Source: Lepidodermella squamata
Lineage: Eukaryota; Animalia; Gastrotricha
Direction: 5' to 3'
Length of the DNA: 64,000 nt
Assembly (NCBI GenBank): GCA_047495785.1
Contig: JBLDXI010000019.1
Coordinates: 1,550,001 to 1,614,000, forward strand
Positions 36,601 to 47,100 of the stretch are shown here, piece after piece. A program made the position numbers and the translations under genes. How positions within the stretch are numbered: the first letter of the stretch is position 1; every line of letters starts with the position of its first letter. The notes beneath the pieces were generated by a model. The model did no database searches. It was not told the origin of the DNA and saw only the letters and a program-made list of their open reading frames with translations.

Positions 36601-36711
36601 GGAAATCGCCGGAGTGACATCTTTTCCCGTGATGATTCTATAGTTTTCACCACCACTTACCCTTGCTAATAGAGCCGAAAAGGCTAATATCAACCTGATA
36701 ATGACTTCCAT
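30671..36711 (-). CDS. Large secreted multidomain lectin-like protein, copy 1: signal peptide, PAN/apple, 2x F5/8C, ~3x LamG/pentraxin-like, 2x F5/8C, 2x F-type-lectin-like; many short introns
   Basis: Leader MEVIIRLILAFSALLAR; PAN CMARC..CRS..CDL; discoidin YLEVDF..VTG..Q and ARKIRFYP..CMRIEVLGC; LamG WVNIGWTY..WYYNGE and WFHYAHV..IFINGV; FTP-like GRFLTI..LALCEV and ATDG..YFDLG..VGN..GRYVFI. Confidence 0.85.
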
Positions 36712-37042
36712 TTTTTCAGAACTGAAGCCTAAGGCGTACGGGAGTGTTCGATGAGACCTGTTATTAATAAATCATACGAGGAATCGACCTTGCCTTATTT
36801 TTTTCTTTTTAGCTACGCTGGGAACAAAAGAAAACTTTTCATAGCCTTCTAAAAATTCAAGATGATAGAACATTTATTCCGAGCAGAGGAATAGCACCAA
36901 GCAACCAGCTAAATGATGCTGGCAGATGCATCAGCAGTTGGCTATTCATAACGATATCGATCAAGAAGTTCTGGTTTAATTGATCGCGCTGTATTTTTTT
37001 CGCTTGTGGGAATTTTTTAGCACACTTTGAGATTGTCAACAT

Positions 37043-37690
37043 TCAGTTCAAAGTTTGTGACTTTATCAAAGCTTGTTCCATCACAAGGAGCTGTGCTATA
37101 TCAACTTGGCCTTGTTTCATAGCGATCGATAGTGCTGTATCGCCAGCTCCGTTTTTCAAGCTTATATCCGCCTCACGTGAAATCAACAGTTCAACCAAGT
37201 CAATCCTACCAAGTTGAGCGGCAAACATCAAAGGAGTATTCTCGCCGCCTCGAATGAGTTCTTTATTCGAATGAGCTGAAATAGTCCAAGAACCTGTCGT
37301 TGCATCCACATCAGCTCTGCCTCGATCTATCAGCAACTTGGCAGTCGATAAATGACCCGCAATAACTGCACACATTAGCGCAGTTAATCCTCCATCATCT
37401 GACGTAACTGCATTGACATCTGCACCCAGTTTTATCAAGGTTTTCACAACGCTGTCATGTCCTCGAAAGGCAGCAGCCATCAGTGGTGTGTAATTTAAAG
37501 TTTCTGCCTGATTCGGATCAGCTTTGTAGTCTATGATGAGAGTCTTCACCAAATCCTTGTCGCCATTTGCTGCGGCTGTCCAAAGGGACCACGTTCTGTC
37601 CCTGGGCGCGTTGTTATAGTCAAGAAATCTGGCTGACCTCGCTGCTATAACATCGTAACACGGGCCAGTGGAAAGAGGCTTGCGATACAT
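37043..37690 (-). CDS. Ankyrin-repeat ORF (separate gene or 3' part of the pseudokinase-ankyrin gene)
   Basis: TPLMAAAFRGH, GLTALMCAVIAGH, NTPLMFAAQLG and GDTALSIA repeats. Confidence 0.85.
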   Translation of the reverse strand: MYRKPLSTGPCYDVIAARSARFLDYNNAPRDRTWSLWTAAANGDKDLVKTLIIDYKADPNQAETLNYTPLMAAAFRGHDSVVKTLIKLGADVNAVTSDDGGLTALMCAVIAGHLSTAKLLIDRGRADVDATTGSWTISAHSNKELIRGGENTPLMFAAQLGRIDLVELLISREADISLKNGAGDTALSIAMKQGQVDIAQLLVMEQALIKSQTLN

Positions 37691-37771
37691 TGTGAAAACT
37701 TTATTTCAGTAGTTTACCCAGAATATGAGAACATACAGCTGATACGCACGAGTACATTTTTAATGCTAATT

Positions 37772-39676
37772 TCATTTGTCAAATTTTGAATAACGCAAAG
37801 GTCGAGTTGGCATAGAACTAAACGCTGTAAGCTGTTCAATCTTCTCATTTTTCGCGTAATCGAACGCCGTCCAGCCGAATTTGTTCTGATGTAACCGATG
37901 CGGCTTTTCGCCAGGTTTCAGTTGCATCATGTCAAGTTTTGACAGCAGAAGTGTTACCATTTCAACGCTTCCTATTTCACTGGCCCACATAAGCGGTGTC
38001 CGGTCATATTGGTCACGTTGATCGACGAGTTGCCCGACTTCTAGGTTTGATCTATCTTTTAGAAGCTCATTTGCTTCCTTAACATCGCCAGCTTTTACAG
38101 CACCCAAGAACGCAATCTATCATAAGCCAGTGTTACAAAGCTATCGAACAATTATTAATTATAGTACTTTACCTTCAAAAGTAGCAGACGTATTTCTTGG
38201 ACGAGATCCGAAATTTTTATGCGATCTTGCGTTGATTGTAGCAACATTTTATTGGTGACTAGCTTGCATACATCTTTAGGCTGCTTCTTGATGTCTTGCC
38301 ATTCCATAACTTTGACTTGCCCCCTTCCGTTCGGGGCTTCATAAGGCACGTGACAATTTCTAAAATGATAGTTCATAGAGTTTTGAGTCTTGATGAGAAT
38401 GTCGCTGTCCTTACTTAGCAATACTATCGAAGACTTCGATCGGTCCTTTGCCGGGAAACTTGGAAAACAAAAAAGACAATCTCTTAACTTCAAAGCTGCA
38501 TTTTCCATGACCAATATAGGACATCCATTATTTGTCATGATTTTTCAGATCCTGGATTATTGTAGAAAAGTAGAAGGTGGTTATATACCGGTTGTCGTAT
38601 CGTTAAGAGCTGGAAGAAAATGACTCCGAGCGACCAAACTTCACCGGATTGATTTCCTAACATGGCTGAAGTAAGGGACCATGTTGTTTTGCAATGCGTT
38701 TCCGCATGAGTGATTGCAGCCTGTAAAATTTCAGGCGCCATGTACTGCCAGCTACTTGCAAAGCTCGAGCCATGAGAGCACGTTCTAAAATGGATAAAAA
38801 ATACAAAAATGTATCGTAGAAATTATGATGTCCTTACTCGAAAAGCTTTGGAGTTGTGTAGTTGCCAAGTTTAATTATTCTACCATTATTAAATATTAAA
38901 ATATTTTGAGGCCGTATGTCGCGATGGTAGATTTTACGTGAGTGTAAAAATGCAACACCCGCACAAATTTGGGCCATACATCCAAGAGCTTCCGAGCATT
39001 TGAACGGCTTCCCCATCTTGAAATTGGCATTTATCTGTTCAAGCATAGTGCCTTGGTAAAATTCCTGAGCGATCCCGTCATGTAGAGGTGTAGCTGAACT
39101 GCTTTCTCGACTTCTCAGGGTTGTTTTCAAAAATTGCCGGCGCCGCTTTTCTCGACTTGTGTAAATGAATGAGAAATTTCCGCGCGGCTTTTTCGGAGGT
39201 TCGATCAAGTTCATTTCAATGTAAATCCGCTTCGAACTTTCGTAGACAACCTTACCGAAATCTACTAGATTGTCATGCTTCGGCAACTTGGCCAGCTCTT
39301 TGAACTCCTTCATAACTTTTTGAAATGTCTCGAGATGATGCCGGCATTTCCAATCGCTGAGACTGATTTTTCTCAGGGCAACGATTTTCCCATCTACGAG
39401 TCGTTTGATTCGATAGACCCTAGTGCAGTGTGAACAGCCGTTCGTGCTGAGAAGTTGCTTGTTAAGCCAGTCATATTTAGCGAAAAATTCACGCTTCAGT
39501 TGCTGACGATTGATAACTGGTCGTATGGAATTGATGGAGCTTGCGAAGGAGGCGGCCAGACTCCGATGACCGCTCTCCAACCGCTCATCTTCTGAGTAAT
39601 CACTCGCGAACGACGAGGCGTAGGATGATACTGAAGATGACCGGTTGGATCTCGCCGAATGCGATCGAGATGACAT
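37772..39676 (-). CDS. Pseudokinase + ankyrin-repeat protein, with an apparent 1-bp frameshift near 38541-38545
   Basis: Kinase subdomains VALRKI, HDNLV, YHRDIRPQNIL, KLGNYT, YMAPE and EVWSLGVIF, spliced to RTPLMWASEIG/GWTAFDYA ankyrin repeats. Confidence 0.75.
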
Positions 39677-40073
39677 GCTTGGAAAAAGCACGTAGCGTGT
39701 GTACCGCGAAAAGCAATAATAAAAGTCCTTTGTATTTGTAAAATTGATTTGTTCGTATATGGTCGATATTGCCATGCAGCCAGCTGAGATTAAAAATGTA
39801 TAGCGGCCCTGGTAAACAAACAGAAGGATGCACCTGCAACACCTCGAATTTCACCTAGCAATGACGGGAATTATAATATTCGAAATTAATATATTTTTCG
39901 ATTTTCTTCACATTTTATTTACAATATGATTACCGATTTATTGGTGATCTGCAGAGTCAAGACCTTAAAGAGCTTTCTATTTATTATTCAGTGTGAGAAA
40001 TTGTGTGAGAAATTGAGAAATTAACACTAAGGGAAATTGTTCCTTGATTTTCGAATCAAATTCAATCGATTTT

Positions 40074-40349
40074 TTATTTTGATTTGCTCTTGTCGATTCG
40101 AGATTCGTATTCGGCCTTTTTGAAGGCGTTGATGAGTTCTCGGGCCTCAGCGTAGCCGTCTGGTTCCGGTTTCAGGCCGTAAGAAAGCATAAAGTTATGC
40201 ATTCCACCCCACGGCTTCACGATCGAAGCAGTAGATATCGCCGATTCCCATGGTCCTTCCTCGTCGTCCGATTGATTGTGCGCATTGCCGCCGTTATTGT
40301 TGTTGTTTTGATGTTTCGTGGACATGGATACCGATGAAGTTTTATCCAT
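40074..40349 (-). CDS. Microprotein, GGxHNFMxSYGLKP family, copy 1
   Basis: KPWGGMHNFMLSYGLKPEPDGYAEARELINAFKKAEYE; conserved across four tandem ORFs. Confidence 0.85.
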   Translation of the reverse strand: MDKTSSVSMSTKHQNNNNNGGNAHNQSDDEEGPWESAISTASIVKPWGGMHNFMLSYGLKPEPDGYAEARELINAFKKAEYESRIDKSKSK

Positions 40350-40936
40350 AGGAAAGAATAACGATCTGATCTAATAAACAGAACACCAGAAAAAAATAAC
40401 CATATTGACCTATAATTCAAGGTGAGTTTTTTCGATTTTTGAGCATGAATTCAGATAAATTAAAAAAATCGGCGAATTATGATATTTACTTACAGGGCCC
40501 TAATTAAGAGGATTTCTCAAGCTAAAACCCCATCCCAATTAGGGTGATTTTTTTTGAAAATCCGGTACCAGTTATTAGTTAATGAGAAGAAATCCCATTA
40601 TCAATTATCATGCAAAGAATATTTGCTTGTTGGAGTTTGGAGCCACCGTCTCTATAATTTGACACCTGACGCATCGGTCGCGAGATTTCTTCATCGCCAT
40701 GCCACGCGATTATTTCTCCATTAATTTCGAGTCAATTCTTTTCGATTTTCTGATTTTTCTCGAAATTCCAAGACTCAAACTGGTTTTTCCAACAAGAAAT
40801 AGAGACACAACGAAATGCTAAACTTCAGTTTATTTACAAATCTTCAGGGTCTATAGGCTAAATAGCAGTCAGTAAAATCAAAGTCCAAGGAATTTTTCTA
40901 GTTTTTTCGCCATAAAGTTGCTATGACGCTTTCTTA

Positions 40937-41191
40937 TTATGGATGATTCCCGCTTTTCGTGTTCTCGTAGTCGGCCTGCTTGAACGCGTTGATGATTGAT
41001 TTAGCCTCAGCGTAGCCTTCAGGCGTTGGTTTCAGACCGTAGGAAGCCATGAAATTGTGCATTCCGCCCCATGATTTCGTGATTTCCGAAGTCGGAATCG
41101 ACTGCCAGCCGCTGCTGTTAGCGCCGGAGTTGCTCGGCTGGTTACCCGATGTCTGATTGTTGTAGCTGTTACTGTTGTTCTTCGACGACAT
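40937..41191 (-). CDS. Microprotein family, copy 2
   Basis: KSWGGMHNFMASYGLKPTPEGYAEAKSIINAFKQADYE. Confidence 0.88.
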   Translation of the reverse strand: MSSKNNSNSYNNQTSGNQPSNSGANSSGWQSIPTSEITKSWGGMHNFMASYGLKPTPEGYAEAKSIINAFKQADYENTKSGNHP

Positions 41192-42779
41192 TGCCGCCCT
41201 GAATAGTTGAAGATGAGCAAATTCGATAAAATCTAAAAAGACAGAAACAGATAGAAAATGAATATCTCAATCGGCTATGGCTATTCAGTTCTGTTTATAA
41301 CAGACATGGCAAAGCAATGAAAATAATAATTCAGGAATATGACCTTTCATCCCCTTCTCTCTGGTAATAATGATGATCAAAAAGGAGGTCAAGTGTTTTG
41401 ATTCAATTTTTCAATGGCGTTTTTCTTGAAAATGATTCACGGGAGACATGTAAAACCATATATGCCTGAAATAGATTTTTCAAGGAGATTCCTCTATTTC
41501 TCCTAAGATCGGTGTAATTTCCGGTTTCAAAAAATGTCACAACATGTTTATGACCTACTTCCATGCGCAAGGATGATTAGGGTAATAAATAATTATTATT
41601 CACCCGGGTAGGTCACCGGCAATTTTGCGGACGCGGGCTGTAATAAAGGTTGCGAAATGAAAAGGAGAATGGCCGGTCGATTAATGAATAGAAATCAACC
41701 CGCAATGGTCACCACCATCGCAGACATTCGCAGACGAGTTCTCGCCTCCGGCATACATTTTTCATACATTTTTGACTGGAAAGGAACATGAAGAAAACTT
41801 GGCCAGGTAATAAGTATATCAGACTTAAATCGATTCGATAGGTGTCGATTATATTATGTTGATTGAAAGATTTGTCGACTTTTATAACCTCGTTTGAATT
41901 TTCGTTAACCAAAAAATTCCAGCTGACTGTGTAATTTCCAGAAAATAATATTCGCCTTCAATGCAGTTTTTGAGGCGCACATACAACGTGTCCCATAAGT
42001 AACGCAAGCGAAGAAAACACTTGGAAAAAGGTTCAGAAACTCTAAAATAAGAGACGAGAACACATCTCATGGCCGGAAGTTTTTTTAAGAATTTCAAAAA
42101 TCACGAGAATATTAATCAACGAGAATGTCACTTGTCAATGGGATTAAAAATTCCGGAGAAATTTGGTCCTATTAGGTATAATACCGAAAATTACCGAACC
42201 CATTTGAGTTTTCCGGGTAAATTGTGTATTTCTTCGGTTAAATCGCGCATAAAAGTTGGAATATTCTCTCGGTAGTTTTAATGAATTAGTTGAATTTCCT
42301 ACAAGAAGTTGCCAAATTAAAAATGCGCAACTTCTGGGACACGCCGTATGTGTTTTCAAAATTTGTTTGCCTTCAAAGCTGAGCCAAAATTCATATGTTC
42401 AGGGTTTTACTTTTAGCGGAACCGAATTTTGAAAATTAATTCGCCAAAACTGTCATTTCTGAATTTTCTGGAAATTTACTATTGATTCGGAAACTCCAAA
42501 TAAATTGCGTTGAAATCCCCTTGAAATATGTCGAAGTAGAAAGCCTGGTCCTCAACTTCCCAACGAGACGCATTCCTGATCGAAAATAAATATTCGAAAC
42601 CGGCATATTTTGAACATTTGCGTTTGCTGTCAAATTAATCGGCCAAAAATTCGGATATGTTTTTATTTAGTAAAATCAGGGTTATCAGAGCGAATAGGTG
42701 ATCATCATTTAATTGTCAATGAAATGTTTCAGTTTTGTCTTGACTTGGATTGGCTATATCAATTTGACACCAAGTGCTT

Positions 42780-43034
42780 TCATTTCGATTGATTACCGCT
42801 GCTGCTTGCTTGGTAATCAGCCTGCTTAAAAGCGTTGATAATGGCGTTGCCCTCCGCATAGCCTGACGCTGTCGGTTTCAGCCCGTAAGAAGCCATGAAG
42901 TTGTGCGTTCCACCGTACGAATTCGTGATAGCCGAATGCGGAATCGACTGGCCGCTGCTGCCGATGGCGCCTGAACTTCCCGAGTGATGACCGTAGGCCT
43001 GAGTACTGCTGCTGCTGCTTCCCTTGGAAGACAT
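42780..43034 (-). CDS. Microprotein family, copy 3
   Basis: ATG at 43034 (MSSKG..); NSYGGTHNFMASYGLKPTASGYAEGNAIINAFKQADYQ. Confidence 0.87.
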   Translation of the reverse strand: MSSKGSSSSSTQAYGHHSGSSGAIGSSGQSIPHSAITNSYGGTHNFMASYGLKPTASGYAEGNAIINAFKQADYQASSSGNQSK

Positions 43035-43502
43035 GTTCCGATAAAGTTGCCAAAGGAAAATAAACACAGGTTAAAGTCTCTAAAAAACATACATTTGATT
43101 TGAAAATTTGAATTATAAATTAAACATCGCGTTCGATTGACGTGTGAGTCATAAAGAGACAGCAACCGCGCAATAATCGTAACGACACGTAATAATAAGG
43201 GACATAAAGGTCAGGTCTCAGGTCATTTTTAAGAAACGTCCCAGTTTTGTTTACGATACAAAACGCATTTTACTCAATAGGTATGAAGGATTTGCCGAAA
43301 AATGGGCGACAATGATTTAGTCTTTTAATTGGAAATTATTTGCGAATAGCGTAATTAGGAATTTTTTACTTGGAAAAATAGGCCAAATTTGCATTATCTA
43401 ATACTGCAAAATTCAATAAATATTCCAATCGATTTCTGTCAAATTTTTACTTGAATCAATCGTATAGAGTAATTTCAGTCAAATTGGACCAGTGGTTCAG
43501 TC

Positions 43503-43769
43503 CTACTTCGATGAGCCGTTACTTTGGCCGCCTTGAGACTCGTAGTAATCTGCCTTCTTGAATTCATTGATCAGCGACTTGGCCTCGCCGTAAGCGCCAG
43601 GCTCGTGCGGCTTGATTCCGTACGAATGCATAAAGCCGTGCATCCCACCGTACGGCTTCGTGATCGAATAGCTCGAAATCGATTGCCAGCCTGATGCTTG
43701 GCTAGCGCCAGCTTGGCCGCCTCCGGTGGCGTTGCTGCTGCTGTTGTAATTTCCATGGGATGACGACAT
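43503..43769 (-). CDS. Microprotein family, copy 4
   Basis: KPYGGMHGFMHSYGIKPHEPGAYGEAKSLINEFKKADYY; TATAAAA ~90 bp upstream. Confidence 0.87.
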   Translation of the reverse strand: MSSSHGNYNSSSNATGGGQAGASQASGWQSISSYSITKPYGGMHGFMHSYGIKPHEPGAYGEAKSLINEFKKADYYESQGGQSNGSSK

Positions 43770-44181
43770 GGTTATAAGATTATTTAAATCGACGTTATTT
43801 CCGAGAGCGAATTTCGCGGCTGTTGAAAGGCTGATATTTCCAATGAACGTACACTGATTTTATAGGGTGATTAAAGTGTAACAGCAGGCTGCTAGGTGCT
43901 AGTAAACACGACGAGCACGTGCCTATTCCACCCGCGGATCAATTGTTTTAGGGTCGAATCGGTGCTCTTGACAGTTCATTTTACATAAGAAAAACTTCAA
44001 ACTTGAAAACCTTCTTGAACCAAGGTTCTTTTAGAGTTTATTCGATGCAGCTATTTATACTCCAATGAGTATCGTCAATGTACATTATGCAGCAGGGTTT
44101 CATAAAATATCAAGTTTCACTGCTTTTTGACTGTTCAAAAATCTAAGAGAGCTTTTATTTAGTGATTGTTTTTTTTCCAGG

Positions 44182-47100
44182 TCAAAATACCATAATCTCC
44201 GATATCGATATAGAATTTGGATAGATTGCCAAAGCTCGGTAGATGAACACGTATCGGCCATAGGTTGGCGCCAAGCACCACAGCGTGCTAATGCCACCCG
44301 ACATCATGTCAGTCGGATCAACCGAGTCGCAGTATTTAGCTGAATTGACGTTTGTCGTGTTTCCAACCCGCATGTCAAGACTGGTTATTTGCGTTTCTTT
44401 TCAAAAAACAAATTCACGAGTAAAAACGAAATTTCTGAGGAATTTACCTGTCATATCGTTAGCGTAGACTACGACTACTCTCGTGATTTTTGCTGAGTAA
44501 ACAAGATCGAAATAAATATATTGGCCAGTTGAGTTGAAACCCAATGAGTTTGATGTAGCCTGGGGCAAGCCGTCTGTTGTGTAGAAGACAGCATCAGGAG
44601 TCTGAAAGTTAGCTCCAGCCATCCCGGGCCTAACATTTTTGACCATTGAAACAGCTCAATACATAAAAATCCAATATACGCTCAGCAAAAGATAGGCATA
44701 TGATCAATTTACCTGAATCGCTTGCAGCGTCGATTTCGCAGATTCCGAGTTCAAGTGATGGGGCTGAAGCAGCAACAGTCAAAAATCGACCCATTAAGCC
44801 AGGGTTGCACCGTAGTTTAAGCTTGGCTCCGCTGTATGAATGGCTTGCAGTCGCGAAACAAACCTGACTGAACGGATCTGCCGATGAGTTGGAGATGCCG
44901 ACGGTGATAGGCGGCATAACTGGCAGGGTGTCGTAATCAACTAAACTCATATTAGCGAGTGACCATAAAGAAGGCAAAATGATGTCTCTTACCATCGCAA
45001 CCTTTCACACCGAAACGTCCAGCCATAGGACCTGCGTAGTCTTGAGGGTAGAAGCGAACAAACTTTCCGATGAATGGTCCAACTGAACTTTCGACAATGT
45101 CATCTCTATTACCGGTCAAGAGCTTAAAAACGTTACGATTTATGATTGGATAATCTCCATAAACCTTAGCACAATGAACCTTTAAAAATCCATCCGGATC
45201 TCGCGGACCATCCCAGTTCAAACCATCTCGGCTATACCGAAAGTAATAACTCGTGATATACCAGTTGCCCCCGTTCCCCCGAATTGCTGCTTTTGTGATC
45301 TTTTTCAGTGAGTTCAGCTGAGCTTGCCACCACACATTCCCACTGGATGGCGCAGCAGGAACCGATGTCGAATAGCCAGCGAGCCAAAAACCAGCACTCC
45401 CTATGTAGCCTCGAAAAGCCTCATTTCCAGCATATTCGTTCAATGCTGTTATCTGGGAATCCGGCACATCGGCCAAAAGATCAGCATTGCAACTAGGCAC
45501 TGAAAAAAACAAGGATTTGCGTTGTATCCCGGAAACTTCGGTAAAACTCACAATCACAGCCGTAGAGGGCGACGCGAAGAGCAACAGAAATATTGAAGTT
45601 GTTCGGCACAATTCGAATGAACATGGTATCAATTTCAGGGTACAAGCGGGTATGTGCTGCAAGGTATGCATTATTACTACCTCGGAATAGCTGAAATTTC
45701 CGTTAAGTACAAGCGATGTAAAAAGATTGGTACGAAGAATTACGGAGTTATTTCCGGAGGCTTTGTCCAGGTAAAATTGCCAGTTGACTGCAGCGCTACT
45801 GCCCCTGGCAGCAAACTGGACGTAGTAGTCAAAGACATAATAGTTCCCGCCTATCGACTTGTCGCTTGTTCCTTTCACAGCTACAGCAGCGACACGTTTC
45901 ACCATCGGAAATTTGAACTGCAATATCATGACAAATTGGTAAGCTTTATCGATTTGTGGGGAGCCATAAGTTACCTGCAACCAGCCCGGAGCAGTGGCTG
46001 GTCTCCAGCAGCAAGCCTTCGGCGAGCTGAAAACACCGTCGAGACCTTTTGCCCGTTCGGGTGTCCAGTCATAGCCATTTGTAGCCATTGCGGAGGACGA
46101 TGCTGTAACGTCAGCATCTGAAATAATGCTTGTCAGATCGCTTTTGCATTGTCTCGGTTCGATTTGGGTTGTTGGGCAGCCGTTCATTACGTCGTTTATT
46201 TCCTCCATGGTAAGTGCGTATTTGTGAATTCGCAGACAATGGTAGCAGAACTTCGAATATGCAGAAGACCACGGGACTTTTCCAATACTCATCATCATCT
46301 GGCCTTGCAGGGTGCAGTTGGCCAACGCTTGAGAACTAACGCTTGCCCCGTTTATGACTATTGATAGTTTTCCATTCGCTGGATCAGCAACGTAAGCCAA
46401 ATGGTACCAGGTACTTGTTGTGAGACTATTAACTGAGTCTTTATAAATAGAAGTATAAACGCCTGCGTATGATCCATTGGCACATCTATGATTTGCATCT
46501 ATAAACGGGTTACCAGATCCATTATGGTTATTCATTGCAACAACCTGAAAAATCAAGGTGCTATTCTATCAATACGCTGCGATCATAGAGAACGTAGTCA
46601 TCAACACTACGTCTCTATGGCTGCGATTTTCGATGAACGCTTACTTGACCAGTATTATTGTGCAGGTGGAAGATGGGCCCATCGACGAAAGCAGTGAAAT
46701 AAATCTATCAAGAGAGTCTCGTGAATGAGGTTAGGATTTACAGGAAAAGCCAACCCAGAGTGATATGGTGAAGGCGTAATCGAGTGAATAATACGCTGGA
46801 ATCTGGCTCTGTTGATAATTTGAGCCGTTGAAGCAAATCGAAGTCAACGGAAGGTTGGCTTTATACGTCGGTGAACTGCCCCATAAAACTGATGTATTAA
46901 AGCCCATTACCTGCCCGGAAACTGGGCGAACCATATCCAGGAAGTTCGAGTTGCATTGGAAAGCTTGGTAAGTAGCATAAACAGCAATGGCCTTAAACTC
47001 GTTCGCTTCAGAATCATTAGCATTAGACTGCAAACATGTAAAATATGATATAATTACTTACCAACACTGAGCGGGCAAGTGCGCAGCATATTGACATGCT

